A stretch of 64,000 bases of DNA from a virus. Each line of letters begins with the position of its first letter. Within the stretch, counting starts at the first letter, position 1. This document shows positions 18,747 through 27,955 of this stretch, piece after piece. Location: positions 9,421 through 73,420 of IMG/VR virus record IMGVR_UViG_3300035685_000003; one strand, given 5' to 3'. The notes under the pieces are model-generated. The model ran no database searches, was not told where the DNA came from, and saw only the letters and a list, made by a program, of their open reading frames with translations. The position numbers and the translations under genes are program-made.

Positions 18747-19475
18747 TTACTTAATTGCAACAATGCCAGCAAAGTTAAACCACTTAAAGAATAGCCCAAC
18801 TTTAGTAAATCCAGCTTCCCGAAGCATAGCAAAGTTGCTTTCTAATGTCAGGGGAACCATGACACCGCGCAGGGATTTTGCTTTTGAGTAAATTTCTTCA
18901 ACACTTAGCCCCATTGCTTCTTTGCGTTGCCAGTGCAACTGACTGAATATCTCAGCAAGGGTACTGTCTTGATCTGCAACTTTTTCAACTAGTAAAAACC
19001 CACCACTAGGGCTAAGGCTTTGATAGATTTTCTTGCACACACCCAAACGATACTTCGGATGAACAAATTGTAAAGTATACAAACTACAAATCAAATCAAT
19101 TTCACTAGGAAAATTATAAAGTTCAATATCGTTTTGAATGAATTCTATGCCTCGAAAACCTTGAAGAGATTTCTTAGCCTCTTCTAGCATTGGGGCAGAA
19201 TTATCAACTCCAACAATAGAAATATTCTTACCTATGTGTCGCCTGTAGATATCGCCCATTGTGCTTCCCGTAGCACATCCTATATCTACGATGAGTGAGT
19301 TTCGTCGAACAAACCAGTCAGATACTTCTGCTACAGCAACTTGTGTATCTAAATAATAAGGAACTGATTTGATGACATGAGAATTAAACTTAGGTGCTAC
19401 TTGAGCGCTAAATTCCCAACTGCCTGGAGCAGAAAAAATACCATCGTCAACTTTTAATCCAGCATCGTGTCCCAT
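18747..19475 (-). CDS. CmoA-like (carboxy-SAM synthase family) SAM-dependent enzyme
   Basis: WEF...VA..F...V.KSVPYY, DIGCATG, GVDNSAPML, YTLQF, EK, G.S.EEI..K, AGF...F...NF follow the CmoA layout over full length. Confidence 0.75.
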   Translation of the reverse strand: MGHDAGLKVDDGIFSAPGSWEFSAQVAPKFNSHVIKSVPYYLDTQVAVAEVSDWFVRRNSLIVDIGCATGSTMGDIYRRHIGKNISIVGVDNSAPMLEEAKKSLQGFRGIEFIQNDIELYNFPSEIDLICSLYTLQFVHPKYRLGVCKKIYQSLSPSGGFLLVEKVADQDSTLAEIFSQLHWQRKEAMGLSVEEIYSKAKSLRGVMVPLTLESNFAMLREAGFTKVGLFFKWFNFAGIVAIK

Positions 19476-19502
19476 GATTTGTCATTTCTCAATTTAATAA
19501 AG

Positions 19503-20213
19503 TTATGTTTCTACTACTTCTGGTGGTAGTGCATCGTCTGTTTCTTCTGCTTCTTCCTCGTCGGCAGCAACTTGAATATTAAGCATTTCGGCAATGACAC
19601 TACCTAAAGCTGCTGGGCTATTGCCATTAGAGCTTAAATCAGAAAGCTTTTCTACCCAAGCTTCATAAGTGCTAAGAGGAATATGTTTGGAGAACATTCC
19701 AAACTGGACTTTAATTGTGCTTTCCAGTTCTTGTTCGATTTCTTCGTCGCTGTGATTGCGAATTTCATCGACAGATTGCGTTTCACCGAATGCTAGGTTT
19801 TCGGCCTCATTGATAGCGTTGGCAACGATCGCCTCTGTTTCTTGGGCATTAAATCCTGTGCCTGCAAGATCGCCTTCATCAAAGGTTGATAAGATATCCG
19901 CCAATTTGTCGTAATCCCAATCCCCTTTTATCTTATTTAGAGAAAGGTTTAGCGCCATTTCTTGGTCGTAGGGTAAGTCTACAAGAACTGCCGTCAGGGT
20001 TGTAAAGCCAGAGCTTTTAGCCGCCTGGATTCTTTGGTGTCCCCCGACAACTTGATTGTTCCTTGTATTAACAATTAGCGGCTCAACCAAGCCAAACTCT
20101 TTTAGTGATTCCCCTAAAGCTACCATTTGAGATTCTGGCATCCATCGCGGATTTTTAGGATTCACCATTTTCTCAAGTTCTTCAACCGAGAATTCTTTGT
20201 ATTGAATTGCCAT
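19503..20213 (-). CDS. ParB/Srx N-terminal domain protein
   Basis: KNPR...SLKEFGLVEPLIVN...VVGGHQR...LNKIKGDWD. Confidence 0.85.
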   Translation of the reverse strand: MAIQYKEFSVEELEKMVNPKNPRWMPESQMVALGESLKEFGLVEPLIVNTRNNQVVGGHQRIQAAKSSGFTTLTAVLVDLPYDQEMALNLSLNKIKGDWDYDKLADILSTFDEGDLAGTGFNAQETEAIVANAINEAENLAFGETQSVDEIRNHSDEEIEQELESTIKVQFGMFSKHIPLSTYEAWVEKLSDLSSNGNSPAALGSVIAEMLNIQVAADEEEAEETDDALPPEVVET

Positions 20214-20216
20214 ATT

Positions 20217-20852
20217 TTACCCTAAACCAATTAATTTAAAAAACCGCGCACCTGCTGCAATATCGTCCACGCCGACTTCTGCATACAACCTTTGGATTAG
20301 TGCTTCGTATCCTAGTTTTGAGCAGGTAAAAAACACTTTCGCGCTACGAAAAGCTACAAACTCAGCAGTACGCTTAGTACTAAAACGTTCTGCAAAAGAT
20401 TCAAAACTTTCATTAAAAGGTTCTTCATAATCTGACATAATTTCTACTAAATCAGACTCGCTAAATCCAGAAAATGCGATCGCCTCAGAGCTTGATAATT
20501 CTCCTAGAACTTCCTCAAGTACTTGGTAATCCCATTTCCCGGTAATGCGATTAAGGGCTAGCCCTAACCTAGTTTCTGCTTTCTCGTCTATGTCAACTAC
20601 ATTGACTTCAATTTCAGTCAGTCCCTCTAGCTGGGCTGCCCGAATCCGTTGGTGTCCACCAACGACATTACCCGTTTGTTTATTGACAATGGGCGGTAGC
20701 AGCAGCCCAAATTTCTTGATACCAGACCGCAAATCGGTTAGTTGCTTGGTTGTAATTATTCTGGGATTATTTTTTGTTAAAGCATTTACAGCTTTATCAA
20801 TAGTCCAGGTTTCAAGCACCATTGCGTTTAATTTCTCTTGTTTCTTTTTCAT
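20217..20852 (-). CDS. ParB/Srx N-terminal domain protein (tandem paralog)
   Basis: NNPR...IKKFG...PIVN...VVGGHQR...LNRITGKWD. Confidence 0.85.
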   Translation of the reverse strand: MKKKQEKLNAMVLETWTIDKAVNALTKNNPRIITTKQLTDLRSGIKKFGLLLPPIVNKQTGNVVGGHQRIRAAQLEGLTEIEVNVVDIDEKAETRLGLALNRITGKWDYQVLEEVLGELSSSEAIAFSGFSESDLVEIMSDYEEPFNESFESFAERFSTKRTAEFVAFRSAKVFFTCSKLGYEALIQRLYAEVGVDDIAAGARFFKLIGLG

Positions 20853-20903
20853 CCAGAATAATGTTTAAAATAATAGAGGACTAAATGTTTGAAGACTATT
20901 TGC

Positions 20904-21362
20904 ATGACCAAAAATCGAGAAGAAAAGCCGAAACAATCAGGCGGTTATCGCCCTGGTGCTGGGCGAAAATTCAAGGGCGTTCCCACTGAGAAAATACGGA
21001 TTAATAAAACCGTAAGTGAAAAGCTCAAAAGCCATGTGGACTGGCTTGTGAAAACCGGAGGGAAGTTTATTTCACAGCAAGACTACGCCTCTAAAGCAAT
21101 CTTGAAATACGCTTCATCTTGCTCTAAAGATGAAAGTTTAATTCAAGAAGTAGCTGTTGATATTACGCCCTCATCCGCACCGTGGGGAACGCTCACAATT
21201 ACTCAAGAAGCCTACAATGAATTAGAGCAATTAGTTGCAAAAATAGAGCCTCTTACACCTGTATATACCAATTTATCTAATGTTTTTACAGTGATAATAC
21301 TGAAAGAGATTAGAACACAGAAAAAAATGCTGTCTTCGGCAAAATCAAAGCTGCAACCTTAG
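20904..21362 (+). CDS. Putative DNA-binding regulator
   Basis: GGYRPGAGRK motif followed by RHH-like segments. Confidence 0.55.
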   Translation: MTKNREEKPKQSGGYRPGAGRKFKGVPTEKIRINKTVSEKLKSHVDWLVKTGGKFISQQDYASKAILKYASSCSKDESLIQEVAVDITPSSAPWGTLTITQEAYNELEQLVAKIEPLTPVYTNLSNVFTVIILKEIRTQKKMLSSAKSKLQP

Positions 21363-21384
21363 TGGTTTTTACTTACTAAAATAA

Positions 21385-21436
21385 TGTTGCAAAGAATCAA
21401 AAAATGTGTTAGGATCAAGGTGTGGCAAACAATCAG
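21385..21436 (+). promoter_or_regulatory. Repeated promoter/operator cassette, copy 3
   Basis: TTGCAA (21387), 17 nt, TAGGAT (21410), then TGTGGCAAACAATCA. Confidence 0.8.
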
Positions 21437-21496
21437 AGCCGCGATTACTTGGAGGTAAATATCGATTTTTCAATACCTAATTAAGTAGGAATATTC

Positions 21497-21958
21497 ATGA
21501 GTAACAAGCCTGTTTGGACAAGCTTTGTAACTGAAATATCTCCAGGGAATTTTCAGTTAACAGTAATCGATTCTAATCACTGTATTTTATGGCATCGCCA
21601 TTGTTTTAGGTCTTTTGAAAAAGCCGAAAGGTTTTCTTTAAAGGCTTCTGAAATGATTCATAATTATCATTGGCTTTCCGTTTATGGTGATCCGGTAGAT
21701 CGGTGTTTCTTTGACAAGTTTTTTCTTTTAGCTAGTGAGGACGTTATTTACAGACATTGGCTTATTTCAATCACCGAATCTCTCGGTGATTTTTGGTTAG
21801 AAGTTCATGATCCAATGGGCGCTCGAATCGAACTAACTCCAATGAGCATGGATGAAGTGACTGAACTTGAAGCTTTGTCTGAGTGTCAACGCTATATCGA
21901 CGCGGTTGAGTTTTCCAGACACCCTACCCCAGGACAACTTTCACTATTTGAGGTTTAA
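21497..21958 (+). CDS. Hypothetical protein with C-terminal clamp-binding motif QLSLF
   Basis: Ends GQLSLFEV; directly upstream of dnaN. Confidence 0.7.
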   Translation: MSNKPVWTSFVTEISPGNFQLTVIDSNHCILWHRHCFRSFEKAERFSLKASEMIHNYHWLSVYGDPVDRCFFDKFFLLASEDVIYRHWLISITESLGDFWLEVHDPMGARIELTPMSMDEVTELEALSECQRYIDAVEFSRHPTPGQLSLFEV

Positions 21959-21960
21959 AT

Positions 21961-23526
21961 ATGACTGCAACATCAGTAACGCCGACTTTTGCAGCTGGCG
22001 ACACGGTAGAAATTCTGCGATCGCAAGATCCCAAAAACACGACGTACAACGGAACCGAGGCGGTAATCACTGGCTTTAGTGCCAAGGGCTGGCCAAAGGT
22101 CAAATACCACGATGGCAAGGCTGCAACCTTGAAGCCCGATTGGGTATCCCTAAAACAATCAGCCCCAGCTGTCACTGAGGCTGAAGTCGAAGCGGTTGAA
22201 GAAACGGCGGTCACAACCGATTCCGAACCTGCTTCTGTCGCTGTTGATCCCGTTGTCGAAGCTGTTGAAGAAACGGTGGTCACAACCGATTCCGAACCTG
22301 CTTCTGTCGCTGTTGAACCCGAAGTGCAACCCGAAACTATCCCTGAACCGGAAATTGCAACTGAAGTCAACAGCGCCGGTTACTTTAAATTCTCCTGCAA
22401 TAGTGCCGCTTTTGCCAAGGTGATTGCTCAGGTGCGGCGGGTCATCCGCACGATGTCGATTCACCCAATTCTCTCCAATGTCAAGATTACCGCCGATGCC
22501 GAAACAAGGCTTGTCGGGCTAGTAGGGTTTGATTTGAGCTTAGGGGTGATAACCCATTTCACAGCCACAGAGGTTCCTGTAGGCGGTAGCTATACCGTTG
22601 ATGTTGCTATTTTGAGCGACATTCTTTCCCAGCTTCCTGAAGGGAAAGTTACCCTAGAGCGCAATGAATCCTCCCCTAAAGCGAAGCTGATAACCTCCAA
22701 CGGCGTATTTGAAATGTCAGGCATTGATGCCTATGACTTCCCTGCGTTGCCGATTCCAGAGCAAAATGTGACAACACTGAAAATCAGCAGTAAGTCGCTG
22801 CGGGTAGGATGTGGCAGCGTTCTATATGCGGCATCAGGCGATCAAACTAAGGTCGTTCTGTGTGGGGGACACATGGTATTTACGCCTGATGGCAAGTTTG
22901 AGATAGCCGCGACGGACGGGCATCGTTTGGCTCTATTTCGATGCGATTTAACAAGCGCTACGAAGATCGAAACAGAACAGCATCTGACGGTTCCGACGCG
23001 ATCGCTCCATGAGGTTGAGCGGTATCTAACAAAAGATGACGCGATGGTTGAGATTAGCTATGAGGTTAACGATGGCCCTTCCATCGTCCAATTCAAGCTT
23101 GAGGAAGCGACTATCATTACTCGCATCATTGAGGGTAAGTATCCCGATTACAACCAACTGATTCCGAAAAAGTTCCAGCGAGAAGTTTGGGTAGAGCGTC
23201 TGCCTTTGATTGGTTCTATTGGTCGGGTTGCCGTACTAGCGGCTCTCAAGCAGTACTTGATCAAGATATCTGTAGAGCCGAAGAAGATAACTCTGTATTC
23301 CGAAGATGAGATTACAGGGTCAGGGACTGAGGCAATTCCGGCTGAAGTGTCTGGTGAGGACATAAAGATAGCCTTCAATATCAAGTACATATCAGAAGCT
23401 CTAAAGAGCATTGGTACTCAAGAAGTCGCTATCAAGATCAATGGCCCAGCTACCCCGGTGATTTGTGCCCCACTAAATGGGTATGACATTGTGGCGCTGA
23501 TTATGCCTGTGCAGTTGCGCTCTTAA
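21961..23526 (+). CDS. dnaN: DNA polymerase III beta sliding clamp with a ~140-aa N-terminal extension
   Basis: HPILSNV, ATDGHRL, IEGKYPDY, IAFN..Y, LIMPVQL. Confidence 0.93.
   Translation: MTATSVTPTFAAGDTVEILRSQDPKNTTYNGTEAVITGFSAKGWPKVKYHDGKAATLKPDWVSLKQSAPAVTEAEVEAVEETAVTTDSEPASVAVDPVVEAVEETVVTTDSEPASVAVEPEVQPETIPEPEIATEVNSAGYFKFSCNSAAFAKVIAQVRRVIRTMSIHPILSNVKITADAETRLVGLVGFDLSLGVITHFTATEVPVGGSYTVDVAILSDILSQLPEGKVTLERNESSPKAKLITSNGVFEMSGIDAYDFPALPIPEQNVTTLKISSKSLRVGCGSVLYAASGDQTKVVLCGGHMVFTPDGKFEIAATDGHRLALFRCDLTSATKIETEQHLTVPTRSLHEVERYLTKDDAMVEISYEVNDGPSIVQFKLEEATIITRIIEGKYPDYNQLIPKKFQREVWVERLPLIGSIGRVAVLAALKQYLIKISVEPKKITLYSEDEITGSGTEAIPAEVSGEDIKIAFNIKYISEALKSIGTQEVAIKINGPATPVICAPLNGYDIVALIMPVQLRS
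22186..22320 (+). repeat. 69-bp in-frame tandem duplication in the DnaN linker
   Basis: VEAVEET(A/V)VTTDSEPASVAV(D/E)P twice, starting 22186 and 22255. Confidence 0.9.
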
Positions 23527-23536
23527 CAGCGTTTAG

Positions 23537-23570
23537 AAGGGCATTGATCCTACTTCGATCAATGCCTTTT
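23537..23570 (+). terminator. Rho-independent terminator after dnaN
   Basis: GGCATTGATC...GATCAATGCC followed by TTTT. Confidence 0.7.
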
Positions 23571-23607
23571 CTTGGACATTAGCCTTTGACTTAAATCATT
23601 AGAAAAT

Positions 23608-24054
23608 ATGCCATCCAAACGCAAACACAGGCGCACTAGGCACAAACCTATACCAGCGCCTAAACTGCTGCGTCCTATAGTCGCCGCAGCTTTAGACTTA
23701 TTTCCCCACAGCTTTAATCATCAGATTTTACTTACGCACGATGAAGCTCTTGAGTATTGTGTGGCGATGGAACTCTCACTAGACAAGTACGACGTTCCGA
23801 TGTTGGCGCTAGTTAAAGAACTTAATAGAATCGTCCCCCAGTCCGAGGGTGTCGGCATCCACCACAAATTCAAAGTTGGGCGAGTTGGTAGCCCAATCAT
23901 TTACCTGTGGATATCCAAAGTTTACCTTCCAAATTATGACTGGGATGCCTTCATTCCCCAATTGGATGCGATCGCAGAGTCGCACCAATGCGACTCATAT
24001 CAACTTACCGAAAACACAGACATTTCCTTTGATTATCTTTTTTGGTGGGATTAG
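23608..24054 (+). CDS. Hypothetical protein
   Basis: 148 aa, ends LFWWD. Confidence 0.65.
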   Translation: MPSKRKHRRTRHKPIPAPKLLRPIVAAALDLFPHSFNHQILLTHDEALEYCVAMELSLDKYDVPMLALVKELNRIVPQSEGVGIHHKFKVGRVGSPIIYLWISKVYLPNYDWDAFIPQLDAIAESHQCDSYQLTENTDISFDYLFWWD

Positions 24055-24056
24055 TC

Positions 24057-24446
24057 ATGACAGAAATAGAAAATGAGCGTGATACCTCCGAACAAATAAG
24101 GATTGGAGTTCAGGCGGGAGATGCGATTAGGTTAACCAAGCCTTGGAAGGGGGCCAGTATTGGGCAGATTGGAATTATTCAGGGAATGCGGCACACAAGG
24201 CTTGTTAGTGGAAACATAACTTTTAACTATTCTGCGTTCCGAGATGACCGAGTTGTAACTTGTTCCGGTGGCCCTGGCACAATCATCACCTACACAGATC
24301 GCCTCGTCCCGACTGGCGAGACAATGCTGATTTGGTACTGGCGCTGGAAGGATGGTTATGCCGGGGGCGATAGGGGCGAGTCATACGCGGCAATGGCAAA
24401 CGTTTGGGAGTGGGATGGAACAAATGAGTGGGATAAGACAGATTAA
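24057..24446 (+). CDS. Hypothetical protein
   Basis: ORF coupled to upstream gene. Confidence 0.6.
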   Translation: MTEIENERDTSEQIRIGVQAGDAIRLTKPWKGASIGQIGIIQGMRHTRLVSGNITFNYSAFRDDRVVTCSGGPGTIITYTDRLVPTGETMLIWYWRWKDGYAGGDRGESYAAMANVWEWDGTNEWDKTD

Positions 24447-24474
24447 CTATTGCCAATAATCCCATTGCCACCTC

Positions 24475-24490
24475 CAGGAAAATTTTCCTG
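24475..24490. repeat. Dispersed palindrome CAGGAAAATTTTCCTG, copy 3
   Basis: Exact core, extended CTC...GAG. Confidence 0.95.
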
Positions 24491-24514
24491 GAGCCTCAAT
24501 CATTCCCTACCCTC

Positions 24515-25552
24515 ATGAATATCCAAACTAACTTATTCAGTTCGCCTACAGGCGACGAAAACTTGCTTGAAAGTGTAGCGCCCCCAAAAAAGCCAGTCAC
24601 CCAGTCCGATTTGCAACTATCAGTCCGATTTCGAGAAATGGCCCAAGCTATGCAAGTCTCCATTGATGAAAAAAGCAATCCCTCTATTCTCAGTGGTAGC
24701 ATAACTGCAAGAAAGCTAAGAGTAGGGCGGGCTATAGAAAAAGAGGGCGAATATCTAAAGCAAATCCAGGGATGTCTCTTGGCGATCGCTACTGCTTTAT
24801 CTGATGGAACTCTGCCTTTAATTCTGTCAAGAGTTAAAACCCGCGCTTTAGTTGAGCAGATTTACTGCAATTATGCAAACCCTGAATCTCGCTTAATTGC
24901 GGCGGGACTGGACACGGAAGCCAAATGTAAAAAAGCCAAGACTTGCCTTTTGGAACTATTGGAGGAATATCCGATAGTTGTGGACCCAGAAAAAGAAAGG
25001 CAGCGTGAACTACGGCGGTTGCAGCAGTGGGCAGCCGTCGCCAATATCCCCGGCTATTTCCCGACTCCCCCTGAAGTTATCAAAAAGATGATTAAAGCCC
25101 TTGATCTATCACCGGGGATGACCGTCTTAGAACCGAGTGCTGGTTCAGGACACATCGCCCAAGCCCTGTTTGACTTGGGGCATGAGGTTGATTGTGTAGA
25201 ACTCAATGACGAGTTAGCCAAGCTTTTAAGCCTCAAAGGATTCAAAGTCTATCATCAAGACTTCCTAACCTTTCGAGGAACCTATTCCCGGATTGCAATG
25301 AATCCTGACTTTAGAAGCAATGGGGATATAAGCCATATCCGTCACGCTTATGACAACTGCTTAGAAGATGAAGGCATTCTAGTATCGGTTTGTTCGAGTG
25401 GCGCCTTTTTCCGTTCAACAAAAACTGAAACTATGTTCCGTCATTGGGTTGATCGTATTGGTGGTGTGGTTAAAACATTGCCAAAAGACTCATTTAGAAA
25501 GAGCGATCGCCCTGTGGGAATTTCTACAGAATTAGTAACTTTAAGAAAATGA
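24515..25552 (+). CDS. Amino-methyltransferase-like (N6-adenine type) protein
   Basis: GYFPTP, VLEPSAGSG, DFL, motif IV variant MNPDF. Confidence 0.8.
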   Translation: MNIQTNLFSSPTGDENLLESVAPPKKPVTQSDLQLSVRFREMAQAMQVSIDEKSNPSILSGSITARKLRVGRAIEKEGEYLKQIQGCLLAIATALSDGTLPLILSRVKTRALVEQIYCNYANPESRLIAAGLDTEAKCKKAKTCLLELLEEYPIVVDPEKERQRELRRLQQWAAVANIPGYFPTPPEVIKKMIKALDLSPGMTVLEPSAGSGHIAQALFDLGHEVDCVELNDELAKLLSLKGFKVYHQDFLTFRGTYSRIAMNPDFRSNGDISHIRHAYDNCLEDEGILVSVCSSGAFFRSTKTETMFRHWVDRIGGVVKTLPKDSFRKSDRPVGISTELVTLRK

Positions 25553-26013
25553 CAGACGAAACTATAGGCCAGCCTGAATTAGATGATGAGGCGTTGGCGA
25601 AATCTTACGAACTTGCGAATTGCCCAATAGCTTTTAATCTGCATATCTTACCCGATGATAACTCTTCTGAAGGACGACGCATTTTAGTTGCTATTCGTAA
25701 CCATCAAAATACCCCAATCGTCAAAAGCTGTCGCTCTGAAGATTTTACTTGTGGCGTTGTTCAACAGTTATTCAACGAACTGTTGGAAGAACTAAAAGCA
25801 GATTTACCAAATCGGTTAGCTGCGGCGATGGAGCGAAAGCGTGTTGCCGATTTACAAACTTCTTCTGACAAGGAAGCCGGGACTAATCAAGACAACAATA
25901 AACAAAAGAAGAAATCGAAAACTAAAACAATTCTGCCAGCCCTGGAAGTAAAACCCGAAGAAAACTCTGCACCAGCAGAGGCAGAGCAAACTACACTCAA
26001 CCTTTTTGGATAG
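25549..26013 (+). CDS. PRTRC protein E-like hypothetical protein
   Basis: Position before the Ubl gene; Lys/Ala-rich tail ending NLFG. Confidence 0.45.
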   Translation: MTDETIGQPELDDEALAKSYELANCPIAFNLHILPDDNSSEGRRILVAIRNHQNTPIVKSCRSEDFTCGVVQQLFNELLEELKADLPNRLAAAMERKRVADLQTSSDKEAGTNQDNNKQKKKSKTKTILPALEVKPEENSAPAEAEQTTLNLFG

Positions 26014-26019
26014 AAACAA

Positions 26020-26454
26020 ATGGCAATTGTGAAACTTGACGGTCAAGATATCAACATTGAAGATGCGATCGCTGCTAACGACGAAGATTTAAAAAGGGTA
26101 ATCGTACCTTTTTATCCACAGCTAGCCAATGCCCAGATTAGTAGAGAAACGAATGCTGATGGGCTGCTGATTGTGCGAATGGTAAAGGTTGCAGGCCCCA
26201 AGGGTAGCCAGGTTGTTGAGTCACTAAAAAACGCACCATACCAAATCAATCCTGCAATCGATTTAGCTTGGAAAGCAAGAATTGCCTTTTTCAATAATTC
26301 GCCAGTTGAGTTGAAAGATGTTCTTGATTTACAACCGCAAATCGAAGCCGCTGTTAAGGCTGGCAATGAAGAAAGGAAAAGTACAAACCATGCTTTAGCA
26401 TTCCTCGTCAAGTGTCCGCCTGTTGCTAGCAACGTCACAATCGCAGGATTTTAA
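26020..26454 (+). CDS. PRTRC protein C-like ubiquitin-like protein with C-terminal extension
   Basis: FYPQLANAQI...VKVAGPKG followed by about 80 further residues. Confidence 0.65.
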   Translation: MAIVKLDGQDINIEDAIAANDEDLKRVIVPFYPQLANAQISRETNADGLLIVRMVKVAGPKGSQVVESLKNAPYQINPAIDLAWKARIAFFNNSPVELKDVLDLQPQIEAAVKAGNEERKSTNHALAFLVKCPPVASNVTIAGF

Positions 26455-27227
26455 TGTACGAAAACATACAACTATTGCATCATTTAATATTGCCTAGCAA
26501 CCTAAATGATGCATTTTCTTATCTTGACCAATTGGACTGGTTCATTGAGCTACATAAGATTTATCAGCATTTTTTCCCAGAAGAATATCAGCAAGATAAA
26601 ACAGATTGGCTAATTCATGATGACTTGATTCATCCTTGGCAACTTAATTTATTTAAGCTGATTGACGACAACTTATTTTCTTTGCCAGATAGCCTAGTGC
26701 TAGGAGAAGAGTTGTTTAGCGTGATTCCGGCTTGTCCATTTTATCCAGACTGGTGGGATATTGAGTTTGAGGATTTACCAAAAGCATTTCAGTTAGTTAT
26801 TTATATTTCTGGCAACATTGACATGAGCTATTTTAGTGAAATACCTGAGTGGTTAAACAAGCTTCTTCCTCTTTTACAAAGTATTGATGGCTGTGATTTT
26901 TTGAAGTTAGAAGCACTATGCAAACAAGCCGGAAGCCCGTTAACTGCATTACCAAAAGTCATCGAAATTTTAGATCATTGCACGGGTAATACTTGGTTGG
27001 ATTCCACCAACGAAGCTTACAGTGAATTTGATTGGACTGTTGATAATGTTGAAAAGCTTCGGGCAGACTGGCTAGAATGCGAAGCCATTTCTTCTAAAAT
27101 TAAGGAATTAGATGAGTGGCTAAATACTCCAAAAAACATTGTTAGATTCTGCCAACTATTTTATGAGTGCGATAACGAACCCCACTATCCAGAACCATTA
27201 ATGACAGTTTTGCAGCCTTATTTATGA
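26454..27227 (+). CDS. PRTRC protein F-like hypothetical protein
   Basis: Position between Ubl and E2 genes; TGNTWLD motif. Confidence 0.5.
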   Translation: MYENIQLLHHLILPSNLNDAFSYLDQLDWFIELHKIYQHFFPEEYQQDKTDWLIHDDLIHPWQLNLFKLIDDNLFSLPDSLVLGEELFSVIPACPFYPDWWDIEFEDLPKAFQLVIYISGNIDMSYFSEIPEWLNKLLPLLQSIDGCDFLKLEALCKQAGSPLTALPKVIEILDHCTGNTWLDSTNEAYSEFDWTVDNVEKLRADWLECEAISSKIKELDEWLNTPKNIVRFCQLFYECDNEPHYPEPLMTVLQPYL

Positions 27228-27955
27228 CAGAACCTTTACCTGATTCGCTTTTTCAAAGCGCTGCGAATTACCTTTTATCGTCGGCAACAGAACCACCAAT
27301 TTTAATCTTTTTAGACGGGCAATATATATTCCGTTGGAAAGAGGGAGATAGGGTACGAACTAAACTAATATCTGGGGCTTCGTTGCGTTCGGCTTTTGCG
27401 AGTGAACCAATTGACTCTGGGTGGTTTTCCTCTAATATTGTTCGCTGTGGCATCTGCGCCAAAGGTGATTGGAGTGTGCTTTTTTCTGCTCCTAGTAAGG
27501 TAGATATCTTTCTGGATTTACCTGAAAAAGGGATTGAGAAACTTAGCGTACCTCTGCCTGGATTGGTATTTTTTGGGATTCACGATAAGTACTATATCTG
27601 GGCGATCAAAGAAGACACTTTTAGCCCGACATCAATAATCTATCACGCACCTTTACCCAATGTTAGCTCGGCTGAAGGAAGTTACGACCGAGACATAGCG
27701 GGTAGGATTTGCTTTGGCGAAAACTTCTTGCCTTTTGCTACTCCTATTGGCATTGAAAAAGCTTGGAAAATGTTTTTTGAAACTGCATTTACAGACCATT
27801 TGGTTGATGGCAAATCAACCAAACATAAAACTGATATTCGCACCGCATTGATAGAGGCATCAGACAAACGCAGGTATCCTTTAAAAACATTAATCCCTGT
27901 TTATGGAAACCTGACAATTGACAGAATAATCAATAGAGCCACGAGAAACACATGA
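27224..27955 (+). CDS. Prokaryotic E2-like protein (PRTRC protein B type)
   Basis: PLPGLVF...IWA...YHAPLPNV...GRICFG...FFET.FT. Confidence 0.8.
   Translation: MTEPLPDSLFQSAANYLLSSATEPPILIFLDGQYIFRWKEGDRVRTKLISGASLRSAFASEPIDSGWFSSNIVRCGICAKGDWSVLFSAPSKVDIFLDLPEKGIEKLSVPLPGLVFFGIHDKYYIWAIKEDTFSPTSIIYHAPLPNVSSAEGSYDRDIAGRICFGENFLPFATPIGIEKAWKMFFETAFTDHLVDGKSTKHKTDIRTALIEASDKRRYPLKTLIPVYGNLTIDRIINRATRNT

Noticed and set aside
21961..23526. Host chromosomal dnaA-dnaN origin region
   Set aside because: No dnaA, recF or gyrB nearby; flanked by phage accessory genes
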